Notes: generated by a model not told the origin, from the letters alone. DNA of 64,000 bases from Terriglobia bacterium (GCA_965198225.1 CBDAOY010000008.1:704001-768000); one strand, 5' to 3'. Shown: positions 19,148 through 28,734, counted from the first letter of the stretch. Numbers and translations: made by a program.

Positions 19148-20004
19148 CAATCCTGAAGATCGGCGTCCTTACCAAGCCCGAGCAGCCGGAGGTCGCCCGA
19201 GTGGCCTCGGACATGGTCGACTGGTGTCGCGAGCGTGGAATCGACGTCTTGCTTCCGTTGGATCTCGCACGGCGGATCGACCGTCAGGAATTCGGAGTTT
19301 CCGACGAGATGCTGGCGTCGGGGCCGGAACTGCTCGTCGTCATCGGCGGTGATGGAACGTTGCTGGCCGCCGCACGCCTGCTCGGGGGCCGCCCGGTTCC
19401 TATTCTCGCGATAAACCATGGCGGGCTCGGCTTTCTGACCGAGGTGACGTTGCCGGAGCTTTATCCCGAGCTGGAGAAAGTCCTGGGCGGAGAGTTTGGC
19501 ACCGATCGGCGCGTGATGCTCGACGCGCGCTTGCTGCGTGGGAGCGATGTCGTCGGTGTCCAGCGTGCCTTGAACGACGTCGTGATCAACAAGGGCACGC
19601 TGGCCCGGATCATCGAACTCGAGACTCGGGTGAACGACCAGCGCGTTTCGACGTTCCGTGCCGACGGCCTGATCATCGCCACGCCGACCGGGTCGACCGC
19701 CTACAACCTGTCGGCCGGGGGGCCGATCGTGCACCCCGACATGAGCGCGATGCTGGTGACTCCGATCTGTTCGCACACGCTGACCAACCGCCCGTTGGTT
19801 CTACCCGGACAGGCTCGGGTGACGGTCACGCTGAAGTCGGCCGGCGACGAGGGCGTCTACCTGACCGTGGATGGGCAGATCGGTATCGAGATGAAAGCCG
19901 GCGATCGACTGGAGGTCGGGCCGTCCTCGGAAGAAATCCTTCTGGTCGCACCTGAGGGAAAGAACTACTTCGACGTCCTGCGGGACAAGCTCAAGTGGGG
20001 CTGA
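19144..20004 (+). CDS. nadK: NAD kinase
   Basis: GGDGTLL, GLGFL, LND, DGLIIATPTGSTAYNLSAGG. Confidence 0.96.
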   Translation: MTILKIGVLTKPEQPEVARVASDMVDWCRERGIDVLLPLDLARRIDRQEFGVSDEMLASGPELLVVIGGDGTLLAAARLLGGRPVPILAINHGGLGFLTEVTLPELYPELEKVLGGEFGTDRRVMLDARLLRGSDVVGVQRALNDVVINKGTLARIIELETRVNDQRVSTFRADGLIIATPTGSTAYNLSAGGPIVHPDMSAMLVTPICSHTLTNRPLVLPGQARVTVTLKSAGDEGVYLTVDGQIGIEMKAGDRLEVGPSSEEILLVAPEGKNYFDVLRDKLKWG

Positions 20005-20016
20005 CGCTTCCCCGGC

Positions 20017-20025
20017 TGTTATAAT
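20017..20025 (+). promoter_or_regulatory. extended -10 promoter
   Basis: TGTTATAAT ahead of the Zn-ribbon/LeuA-like pair. Confidence 0.55.
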
Positions 20026-20084
20026 GTACCCCTTCGGCGACGCGTGACATGATCGGTGCGGACACCCCAAGGAGAGATTGAGAC

Positions 20085-20291
20085 GTGAAGAGCAAATCGG
20101 CGCGGCAGACCGTGTGCAACGAACCGGGTAAGACCGCCAAACAGGCGTTCTGCGGAGGCAAACTGAAGCTGATCACCCCACTCGAACCGGAAATCGCGCG
20201 CTCCGTGGCCAAAGACCTGGACGTCTTTCGATGCCAGGATTGCGGTACCCTGTACACCGAAGAGAGCCCGTACGCCGCGGCGAAACGGTAG
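20085..20291 (+). CDS. small Zn-ribbon protein (68 aa)
   Basis: AAGGAGA RBS; C-x11-C ... CQDCG. Confidence 0.7.
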   Translation: MKSKSARQTVCNEPGKTAKQAFCGGKLKLITPLEPEIARSVAKDLDVFRCQDCGTLYTEESPYAAAKR

Positions 20292-20323
20292 CAGGTGAGG
20301 CGGTGCCGCCGGGAGGGGAGGAC

Positions 20324-21556
20324 GTGTCCGAAAAGACCGAACTGATTCACGACTGGAACAAGGTCGACTGCACCACACGCGACAGCCGGAAACCGGTCCA
20401 ACTCGACGATGAGACGCTCCGAGACGGTCTCCAATCGCCCACTGTCCAGGACCCACCGATCCAGGAGAAGATCCGCCTTCTGCACTTGATGGACGCCCTT
20501 GGTATCGACATGGCGGACATCGGTCTGCCTGGAGCCGGCCCCAGGGCTTACGCTGATGTGCTTGAACTGGCGACAGAGATCAGCAGGTCCAAACTCAAGG
20601 TTTACCCGAACTGTGCCGCCCGCACGACGATCCGTGACATCGAACCCATCATCTCCGTCGCGGAGAAAACCGGCACCGAGATCGAGGCAGCCACCTTTCT
20701 GGGTTCCAGCCTGATCCGCCAGTATGTCGAGAACTGGGAGATAGATACGCTCCTCCATCGCACTGAAGAAGCCGTCAGTTTCGGGGTCCAGCACGACGTG
20801 CCGGTCATGTACGTGACCGAGGACACCTCGCGCGCCTTTCCTGAGACGATCAAGCGGCTTTACACGGTTGCCATCGAATGCGGTGCGCGCCATATCGTGA
20901 TTACCGACACGGTGGGGCATTCGACTCCCGACGGCGTCCGTGCCCTGATTCGATTCATGATCAAAGAGGTCATCGAGCCGTCCGGTGAAGAAATCAAGCT
21001 GGCCTGGCACGGCCACAACGACCGGGGCCTCGCCGTCCCGAATTCGCTGATCGCTCTGGAAGCTGGGGCCGACGTGGTTCATGGTTGTGCACTCGGTGTC
21101 GGTGAGCGTGTCGGAAACACAGCGATGGATCAAATCCTGGTCAACCTGAAGCTGCTGGGTTGGATCGACCGCGATCTGTCGGCGCTGAAAGAGTATTGCG
21201 ACATCGCTTCCCAGGCGTGCCGGGTTCCGATCCCCCCGGGCTATCCCGTCGTCGGTAGCGATGCCTTCCGGACGGCCACAGGGGTCCATGCCGCCGCCGT
21301 GATCAAGGCGATCAAGAAGGGCGAGGCGGAATTGGCCGACAGCGTCTACTCCGGGGTGCCGGCCAATCTGTTCGGGTTGGAGCAGGCGATCGAGATCGGC
21401 CACATGAGCGGCAAGTCGAACGTCGTCTACTGGCTGGAGAAGAGAGGGATCGAGGCCACAGACGAGCGTGTCGACGCAATCTACGACTACGCCAAGAAGT
21501 CCGACCGGCTGCTCACCAGCGAAGAAATTCTGCAGATCGCAAAACCCCCCGCGTAG
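20324..21556 (+). CDS. LeuA-family DRE-TIM acyltransferase lacking the C-terminal regulatory domain
   Basis: DETLRDGLQ, DTVG, HGHNDRGLA, GVGERVGN; about 410 aa; GGAGG RBS. Confidence 0.85.
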   Translation: MSEKTELIHDWNKVDCTTRDSRKPVQLDDETLRDGLQSPTVQDPPIQEKIRLLHLMDALGIDMADIGLPGAGPRAYADVLELATEISRSKLKVYPNCAARTTIRDIEPIISVAEKTGTEIEAATFLGSSLIRQYVENWEIDTLLHRTEEAVSFGVQHDVPVMYVTEDTSRAFPETIKRLYTVAIECGARHIVITDTVGHSTPDGVRALIRFMIKEVIEPSGEEIKLAWHGHNDRGLAVPNSLIALEAGADVVHGCALGVGERVGNTAMDQILVNLKLLGWIDRDLSALKEYCDIASQACRVPIPPGYPVVGSDAFRTATGVHAAAVIKAIKKGEAELADSVYSGVPANLFGLEQAIEIGHMSGKSNVVYWLEKRGIEATDERVDAIYDYAKKSDRLLTSEEILQIAKPPA

Positions 21557-21583
21557 GCTGGATTTTTCAGAAGAATCCGACGA

Positions 21584-21661
21584 TGTGCGGTCACAGACCG
21601 CACCTACACCGGCCTGATATATATATCTCCCCTGGGTGTAGGTGCGCTCTATGAGCGCACA
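21584..21661. repeat. GTAG-type REP pair
   Basis: TGTGCGGTCACAGACCGCACCTACAC and GTGTAGGTGCGCTCTATGAGCGCACA. Confidence 0.85.
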
Positions 21662-21679
21662 TCGGGCGGCAGAATCCGA

Positions 21680-22510
21680 TCAGGCGGGGACGGTCTGGGC
21701 TTCGAACACCCGTTTGATGGCCCGCGACACGGCCACCTCTATCAGGCTGCGTTCGTACGGGTCGTCTTCCAATTCCGCGATTTCGAGCATTTCCTCGGCC
21801 GCGGCCTCCGACGCGACCTTCATGTTGTTGTCGCTGAGCGCTTGCCGCGCCAGGGCCTTCTCCGCGGCCGGCGACCGCACCGGTATGATCGTCGAGCTGG
21901 AAACGACGATTTCCGGCCCGCTGGCGATGTTCCGGCGGAGTTTGGTCCGGATTGCGGCCGATACCGTGTTCTTCCCGGCGCCGGGGTTCACGCGAAAGAA
22001 CCCGACGCGGTCCTTGGAATCCAGTACTGGAAACTCCACGTGCGCGGGGAACTCTCCCCGGTTCAAACCTTCGGCGGCTTCGACCAGGAAATCCTCAATC
22101 CCGAGCGTTCGCGATCCGCTCGGAGATTGAAGGCGAACCTGGGCTCGGAGAGTGACCAGGGCCGTCGACAGATCGAAATAGGGGGACTCGGGATCCAGAC
22201 CCTCGAACACGGTGAGCCGATTCCGTACCAGCGGGTTGGCAAGCGTCGACAATGCCTGTTTCAGCAGACCGTTCTCGCCGCTGATCTTTCGTAGCACCTC
22301 CCCGAAGGTCGCTCCAGTCCCGAAGGAAACTTTTCCGCGCCGTTTCGATACGGCTCCGAATCCGGGGATCTTACCGACGTCGATGACGACTCTACTGGCC
22401 GGTATCCGCATCGCAGGGTCGATCCCCGAGACCAGCATCGCGCGTTGCCCGTGCTTCGCCAGAAGCCTTGCCAGGCCTGCAAGTGTTTGTGGAACTTGTG
22501 CTTTCGGCAT
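21680..22510 (-). CDS. CoxM/xanthine dehydrogenase FAD-binding subunit-like protein, divergent
   Basis: P.TL..L, VIDV, GTGATF, ANPLVRNRLT, DL.TALVTL.A; C-terminal CO-dehydrogenase flavoprotein-like domain. Confidence 0.75.
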   Translation of the reverse strand: MPKAQVPQTLAGLARLLAKHGQRAMLVSGIDPAMRIPASRVVIDVGKIPGFGAVSKRRGKVSFGTGATFGEVLRKISGENGLLKQALSTLANPLVRNRLTVFEGLDPESPYFDLSTALVTLRAQVRLQSPSGSRTLGIEDFLVEAAEGLNRGEFPAHVEFPVLDSKDRVGFFRVNPGAGKNTVSAAIRTKLRRNIASGPEIVVSSSTIIPVRSPAAEKALARQALSDNNMKVASEAAAEEMLEIAELEDDPYERSLIEVAVSRAIKRVFEAQTVPA

Positions 22511-22593
22511 CAGTGAGTCCCGGCGCGTCCCGCGCTCGAAAAAAGCCGGTCGGATTCTAGAGACGTCAGCCTCGAAAGTCAAGCCTAACTGAA

Positions 22594-22656
22594 GAAGACC
22601 TCTTCTCCGAGGGACACGTCTTCTCCGAAGGAGACGTCTTCTTCGAAGAAGACCTC
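22594..22656. repeat. 18-bp tandem quasi-palindromic array (3.5 units)
   Basis: GAAGACCTCTTCTCCGAG / GGACACGTCTTCTCCGAA / GGAGACGTCTTCTTCGAA / GAAGACCTC. Confidence 0.7.
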
Positions 22657-22705
22657 GACCAGTTGTCAGTAGTCAGTAGTCAGGACTATTGCTACACTTG
22701 GCGGA

Positions 22706-23536
22706 ATGGAAGTGGACATTTTCGACGAGGTCGTAAACCTCCGACGGCTGGGCAAGAAGGCCGCGCTGGCAACAATCGTCCAGATCCGGGGCTCGGTTCC
22801 CAGTTTCCAGACGGCGAAGATGCTGGTGCGGGAAGACGGCTCCACCCTCGGGTCGGTCGGCGGCGGCTGTGTCGAAGCGGACGTCTGGGCGGCCGCTCAG
22901 GAAGTCATCAAGGAGGAGCGCTCGCGGGTGTTGAGTTTCGACCTCACTGATGAATCCATGGCCGACAGCGGACTGATCTGCGGAGGAAAGCTCGAGATCT
23001 TCGTCGAACCGATCATGCCCGTTCCCCGGGTTGTCATCTTCGGCGCGGGGCATATCTCGACGCAGGTGTCCAAGATTGCCACGATCGCCGGGTTCAAGTC
23101 CTGGGTCGTCGACGATCGGCCCATCTACGCCAACGAGACGCGCTTCCCCGAAGCGGAACGCATCTTCGCCGACAGTTTTGAGGACGCCTTCAAGGCCATC
23201 GATCCGGATGAGAACACCTACCTGGTCATCGTCACCCGCGGCCACCAGGAGGACCAGAACGTCCTCCGCTGGGCCGTGGGCACCGAGGCCCGCTACGTGG
23301 GGATGATCGGCAGCAAGCGGAAGATCCGCGCCATCGTCAGGGATCTCGAGAAAGAGGGGATCGACCTGGACCGACTGGAACGCGTGCATATGCCGATCGG
23401 ACTCGACATCGGTGCAGTCGTCCCGGAGGAAATTGCCGTAGCGATCGTTGCCGAGCTTGTCCAGAAACGCCGCACGGGATCCAGCCACCGACTCAGCAAG
23501 AAGCTTTATCAAACGAGTGCTTCGTCCGCCGGGTAG
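22706..23536 (+). CDS. xdhC: XdhC/CoxI family molybdoenzyme maturation factor
   Basis: GSVP..TAKM, GSVGGGCVE, GLICGG, FGAGH, VTRGH..D, YVGMIGSKRK, PIGLDIG..PEEIA. Confidence 0.92.
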   Translation: MEVDIFDEVVNLRRLGKKAALATIVQIRGSVPSFQTAKMLVREDGSTLGSVGGGCVEADVWAAAQEVIKEERSRVLSFDLTDESMADSGLICGGKLEIFVEPIMPVPRVVIFGAGHISTQVSKIATIAGFKSWVVDDRPIYANETRFPEAERIFADSFEDAFKAIDPDENTYLVIVTRGHQEDQNVLRWAVGTEARYVGMIGSKRKIRAIVRDLEKEGIDLDRLERVHMPIGLDIGAVVPEEIAVAIVAELVQKRRTGSSHRLSKKLYQTSASSAG

Positions 23537-23796
23537 TAGTGCTGCGCTGCCGGGACGTCATATCTGTGGGGCCGGACGGCCGATCGTTCCGTGAAATTCA
23601 ACCGACACAGCGCGCTGATCGTGGTAACGATCCTGCACCCTACTCGGCCGAAGAAGGCGCTGAACTCCTCGGGAACTGACTGAACGCGCATCCGCGGCGA
23701 CGCTTCTCGCGGGGTCTGCTTCTAACGAAGCGGCATCGGGGCGAGTCTAAACCAGCCAGTGGCGGCATGCTGCCGCGGGCTGCCTACTGTATCGCG

Positions 23797-24336
23797 ATGA
23801 AGATTTACACCAAGACCGGAGACCGGGGACAGACACGTCTTTTCGATGGCACGCGCGTCGCGAAGAACGATCTGCGCGTCGAGGCCTACGGGAACGTGGA
23901 CGAGCTGAATTCGGCCATCGGATCCGCCCTCGCGTTCACATCGGACGCCGGAATCGCGGAACTACTTCAGAACATCCAGCAGGAGCTGTTTTCTCTGGGC
24001 GCTCAGCTCGCCGACCCGAAATTTGACGCCGAGCAGTTCGCGAAACCGAGCCTGTCCCCGGAATGGGTGGCCGCCCTGGAGAACGCCATGGATCAGCTCG
24101 ACGAGGAGTTGCCTCCACTGCGAGCGTTCGTTCTCCCCGGCGGCGGCCAGTGTGGGGCCTTGCTGCACCTGGCGCGGACCATATGCAGGCGCGCGGAGCG
24201 AACCGTCGTCGAATTGAATGAAACGACCTCACTCGACCCGAAGGTGATCGAATATCTCAACAGATTGTCAGATCTTCTGTTCGTTCTGGCACGGGTCGTC
24301 AACCATAGAGAAGGGAAACAGGAAATCCAATGGTAA
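23797..24336 (+). CDS. pduO: ATP:cob(I)alamin adenosyltransferase, PduO type
   Basis: KIYTKTGDRGQT, AYGNVDELNS, FVLPGG, ARTICRRAER, YLNRLSDLLF. Confidence 0.94.
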   Translation: MKIYTKTGDRGQTRLFDGTRVAKNDLRVEAYGNVDELNSAIGSALAFTSDAGIAELLQNIQQELFSLGAQLADPKFDAEQFAKPSLSPEWVAALENAMDQLDEELPPLRAFVLPGGGQCGALLHLARTICRRAERTVVELNETTSLDPKVIEYLNRLSDLLFVLARVVNHREGKQEIQW

Positions 24337-24869
24337 ACCGACTTTTTGCCTCAACCCTATTCATCCTCCTGCTCGGGGTCCCGGCTTCGGCGCAGTTCGA
24401 GGACGACTTCCCTCGGGTGGAGATCGGCTTCGGGTATGCCAATTATGGTCTGCCCGGCGTCGGCGGAAGCACGGAGCGCCTGAATGGCTTCGCGATGCAC
24501 AGCGGGTTCAACCTGGACAGCTGGTTCGGGATCGAGAACTACACGGGTGCCTACAGCGTGCCGAACGACATCACGTTGATCACGAACATTTTCGGTGGAA
24601 AGCTCGTGGCGCGCGACCTGGTCGAGGGTCGGATCTCGCCGTATCTCGTCGCCGGATTCGGAGTGGGCTATTTCACGAGTAACCGGTCCAGGGGCGGGTT
24701 CAGCGAGGCGGCTTACCGATTGGGTGGAGGAATCGACTTCAACCTCACCGGAGGCATGGCCTTGAGAGTGGATGTCAGCAACATGGCCATCAACAACATC
24801 GACGTCGGAGGCGGTTGGGGGGCGAACCTCAATATCTCGACCGGGCTCGTCTTCAACTTAGGGAACTAG
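24330..24869 (+). CDS. outer-membrane beta-barrel protein
   Basis: Signal peptide, alternating beta-strands, SPYLVAGFG, terminal GLVFNLG. Confidence 0.85.
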   Translation: MVNRLFASTLFILLLGVPASAQFEDDFPRVEIGFGYANYGLPGVGGSTERLNGFAMHSGFNLDSWFGIENYTGAYSVPNDITLITNIFGGKLVARDLVEGRISPYLVAGFGVGYFTSNRSRGGFSEAAYRLGGGIDFNLTGGMALRVDVSNMAINNIDVGGGWGANLNISTGLVFNLGN

Positions 24870-24899
24870 AGCCGTGGTGGGCGGGAGGCGCTGGCGGCC

Positions 24900-25157
24900 T
24901 CAGCTCGTGGTCCCCGCCATGCGGTGTGCGACCAGATAGGCCGTATCGGTCTGCGGCTGGACGTGGACGTAGAACCAGTGGTTCCCCGACACGACTTCAA
25001 AGAAATCCTGCCGATTGGCATCCGGGATCACGCTTCCGTTCTCCATTGCCCAACCTAAATCCTCGAGATAAGCGGCCATTGCCGAGTTCATCGGGACCAG
25101 ATCGTATTCCGTTGTCGACATTCCATTGTTCGATCCCTCTGATGTCGCCAAGATCAT
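24900..25157 (-). CDS. hypothetical protein (85 aa)
   Basis: AGGAGA RBS 7 nt before ATG 25157. Confidence 0.55.
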   Translation of the reverse strand: MILATSEGSNNGMSTTEYDLVPMNSAMAAYLEDLGWAMENGSVIPDANRQDFFEVVSGNHWFYVHVQPQTDTAYLVAHRMAGTTS

Positions 25158-25319
25158 TGGTGATTCTCCTTTCTGCCTTCCGACGTCCGTTGCTCTCAAC
25201 ACTATTACGGGGTCAGAAGGGAAAAGGTTTCAAGAATTCGCGGACGGAGACCGAATTGTCCCGTTTCCAAGTTATTGATTCCGTACCACACTCGATTCGG
25301 TCTCCGTCCCCGAGTTCGG

Positions 25320-25844
25320 TTAATCCGTCAGTCCGGCTGATTGGTCCACCAGCGTGTCGCCCCGGGAGGAGACCCGGCCCTCCGAATCGATCACGAAGAT
25401 GCTCGGCGTTCGATGCACCGAATAGAGCCGCCCCACGCTTCCGTCGGGGTCCAGGGCGACAGGGAAGCGGATGAAGTACCGCCGTATTGCAGCCAAGACT
25501 TTGGCGCGATCCTCCATTAAGTTGACGCTGATGACGGGAACTCCTGCATCGAAGATGCTGTTCAGTTCCGAGATCGTGGCTACCGAGACAGGATCCCAGG
25601 ACGCCCAGAACGCCAGAATGAAGCGGCGCCCTTTGAGGTCCTCCGACCGAACGGTTTCGCCCGAAGGGCTCGCCAGCGCGAAGTCCGGAGCATGCTCCAG
25701 GACCAGTGCCGATTCCGCCGCCGGGTCAAGCGCGGCCTTGACGACGAACAACGAGGTGACCGCGGTCGAGAGAAAAAGCGCGGACACGCCGATCGCCGTG
25801 AGGGTGATCAAGGCTATGCGAAGGGCTGTCGCCGGCCGTTCCAT
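25320..25844 (-). CDS. membrane-anchored TlpA/redoxin-fold protein without CxxC
   Basis: TM helix, APDFAL, DLKGR.FILAFWASW(DPVS), FPVALDPDG, TPSIFVID.EG. Confidence 0.8.
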   Translation of the reverse strand: MERPATALRIALITLTAIGVSALFLSTAVTSLFVVKAALDPAAESALVLEHAPDFALASPSGETVRSEDLKGRRFILAFWASWDPVSVATISELNSIFDAGVPVISVNLMEDRAKVLAAIRRYFIRFPVALDPDGSVGRLYSVHRTPSIFVIDSEGRVSSRGDTLVDQSAGLTD

Positions 25845-25855
25845 AACGCTGTCAA

Positions 25856-25871
25856 TGCACGAACAGTGCCA
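25856..25871 (-). promoter_or_regulatory. sigma54 (-24/-12) promoter
   Basis: Minus strand TGGCACTGTTCGTGCA (GG-N10-GC), about 12 nt before the ATG. Confidence 0.55.
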
Positions 25872-26189
25872 CTCCGTGCCGGCCAGAGCCGCCGGTTTTC
25901 GCCGGCGGCGACCCGAAGAGCTCGGAAGCGCGGCGGCGAGTCCGCAAATCCGTTGTACGGCTGAACTGAATCTGATAGGCTCGGGTCCGTTTACAAGAGA
26001 TATGCTTCCCCAGCTGGCCCGCGTCCCGAGAGTCGAATCGAGGCCTTTCCTGACTCGCCCCTCCCACACGTGTCCGTTAGCCAAGAGAACGCACACTCTC
26101 TTGAGCGATTGCAACAAGCGGGTCGGATTCACTTTCAGGCGCCGGATTTATCCGGGCCTATCGCCCCAGGGCGAGACCAGGAGTTTTTG

Positions 26190-26510
<321 letters not shown>

Positions 26511-26691
26511 CGAAGCGCAGAAGCCCGTCGTCCGCGTTTCTGAAAGCGTCTAGCGCCTGCAGCCGCAGAGCGATCTTCTGCGGAAAACCCTTCTCTTGCA
26601 CCGAATTCTGTCGCGCACCGATACTTTATAATGTAAAGTACTTCGTATTTTGAGGGAGCGTGTCGGAACGAATACCGAAGAGGAGAAGCCA

Positions 26692-27180
26692 ATGATCGAG
26701 ACGCAGATCGCGACAGCACCCACCGTCGGAATACCAACCTGCCACCACGAGCGCATCCTCGTCGGAGCCCGTTCCAGCTCGGAGTTCGTCGACATCACAG
26801 ACCTCGTAGTGAAGGCGGTCCGGAACTCCGGTGTTCGGTTCGGCATTGCCAACGTGCAGACCCGTCACACCACGACCGGGATCATCGTCAACGAACACGA
26901 GCCGCTCCTGCTCGACGACATGTCCGGCCTGCTCGACCGATTGGTGCCCGGTGGGGCGGAATACCGACACGACGATATGACGATCCGGCGTGTGAACCTG
27001 ATGCCGGGGGAGCCCGCAAACGGCCATTCGCACTGCCGCGCGATGCTGCTGGGGACTTCCGAAACGCTGAACGTGGTCGACGAACGGCTGGATCTGGGCC
27101 GGTGGCAACGGGTGTTTCTGGTGGAACTGGACCGGGACAGGGAGCGCGAAGTCAGCGTGATGGTCATGGGGTCCACCTAG
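26692..27180 (+). CDS. yjbQ: YjbQ/UPF0047 family protein
   Basis: FVDITD, HTTTGIIVNE, YRHD, NGHSH, LGRWQRVFLVELD. Confidence 0.92.
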   Translation: MIETQIATAPTVGIPTCHHERILVGARSSSEFVDITDLVVKAVRNSGVRFGIANVQTRHTTTGIIVNEHEPLLLDDMSGLLDRLVPGGAEYRHDDMTIRRVNLMPGEPANGHSHCRAMLLGTSETLNVVDERLDLGRWQRVFLVELDRDREREVSVMVMGST

Positions 27181-27249
27181 AAAAAAGTCAGATGTCGGGT
27201 AACCGAGTGGGCCCGTCGGGCGTCTCTTAGGTATGACGCACTTATCGCT

Positions 27250-27777
27250 AGCTACAAGACCGAGATCGCAGCCTACGAGATCGACAAGATGCTCGGGTTG
27301 GGGATGGTCCCGGCCACCGTCGAGCGTGTGATCGATCATCGACGCGGGTCCCTGCAGCTCTGGGTGGATGTCCTGATGTCGGAAGAGGAGCGGCTGGAAG
27401 GCCGGAAACCACCGCCGGACGCGCTCGCCTGGAGTCGGATGACGACTGATTTCGCGCTCTTCGACAACTTGATCGATAACACCGATCGTCACCTCAACAA
27501 CCTCCTGATAACCTCGGAATGGAAGATTGCCTTGATCGACCATTCGCGCTCTTTCCGCAGGAATAAGAAGCTGCGAAAGCCTGCGAGCCTCACCCGGTTC
27601 TCCGAGTCGTTGCTGGACGCCATCTCGCAACTGGACCGCGAGACCCTCAAGGAGGGGGTCGGCCAGTACCTGACTGGAGTGCAGATCAAGGGCTTGCTGG
27701 AGCGACGGGACCGCATTCTGGAGCGCTCGCGCAAGCTCGTCCTGGAGCGCGGACCGGAGGTGGTCCTCTACCCATAA
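27250..27777 (+). pseudogene. 5'-truncated atypical kinase (PI3/4-kinase-like fold)
   Basis: SYKTEIAAYEIDKMLGLGMVPATVER, DNLIDNTDRHLNN, LIDHSRSF; no start codon or N-lobe upstream of the EIAAY helix. Confidence 0.6.
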
Positions 27778-27843
27778 GTTCTGGTCGTTCGCTAAACGCT
27801 GACCGAGTTAAGGTTTTCGGATTGACCAGACGATGACTCGGGT

Positions 27844-28734
27844 ATGGCTTCCCGACCTGTCCCGACCCGAAGACGTACGCTCGTGCTGGGGGTCGCGGTT
27901 GCCGGTCTGTGTCGATTGACCCTCGCCGCGGTGTCGGATGTTCCCCTTCCTGATGCCGCTGAATTCATCGAGAAGGCCCGGACGCGAGCCGTGGAACAGT
28001 TCGACGAGACCTCCGTGCTCGCCGGATACGTCTACCGCCTGAAGCAAACCGACGAAGACCTGGGTCGAGGTGGCACGGTCAAGAAAGCACAGACCACCGA
28101 CGCCGAGGTCTACCATTTCGAGCACGGACGCTTCCGCAAGGTGCTCGCCCGGAATGGCGTCACGCTTTCGGAGAAGGACGCCCGCCGCCAGGAAACCGAG
28201 CTCTCGAAACACGTGTCCGGTGAAAAGGTGCAGAAACAGACAGCTCCTCCGTGGATGCCGTCGCGAGGCTCCGATGAAGACCGCCTCGAGATGATGCGGG
28301 ACATCGGCGGAGCGTTCGACTTCGAACTGCTGCGACGGGAGGACCTGCGCGGGCGTCCGACCATCGTCGTCCGTTTCATGCCCAGGAAACGCGCCGAGTT
28401 CGACAGCCGGATGGGCAAGATCCTGCTCCCTCACGTCGAGGGGCTGGCCTGGGTTGACGAAACCGATCTGGGCCTTTCACGAGTCGAGGTCCGCGTAGCC
28501 CGCAACGTCAACGTCGGCATCTTCGGCCTGATGGCACGTATCCACAAAGGAACGGCCTACGTTCGCGACTGGCTAAGGGCAGATGGCGGTGACTGGCTTC
28601 CCGCTACAACGACGGTCCAGTTCAAGGCCCGAACCCTGCTCGTCCGCGGCACCCATCGTCGGATGAGGGAAGAGTATTCCGACTACAGGAAGCTCTCCAA
28701 CTCCCCAGAGCATGGCGCGCTCCAGCGCTTCTGA
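27844..28734 (+). CDS. hypothetical exported beta-rich protein
   Basis: Signal peptide; F.FELL.RE.LRGR.TIVVRF.P, EGLAWVDE, EEYSDYRK. Confidence 0.75.
   Translation: MASRPVPTRRRTLVLGVAVAGLCRLTLAAVSDVPLPDAAEFIEKARTRAVEQFDETSVLAGYVYRLKQTDEDLGRGGTVKKAQTTDAEVYHFEHGRFRKVLARNGVTLSEKDARRQETELSKHVSGEKVQKQTAPPWMPSRGSDEDRLEMMRDIGGAFDFELLRREDLRGRPTIVVRFMPRKRAEFDSRMGKILLPHVEGLAWVDETDLGLSRVEVRVARNVNVGIFGLMARIHKGTAYVRDWLRADGGDWLPATTTVQFKARTLLVRGTHRRMREEYSDYRKLSNSPEHGALQRF

Noticed and set aside
20085-20291. LysW carrier protein beside a homocitrate-synthase-like gene
   Set aside because: It is basic and lacks the C-terminal EDWGE; no lysX/Z/Y/J/K nearby
25570-25600. Selenocysteine in the TlpA-like active site
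   Set aside because: The codons are GAT and TCG, with no in-frame TGA
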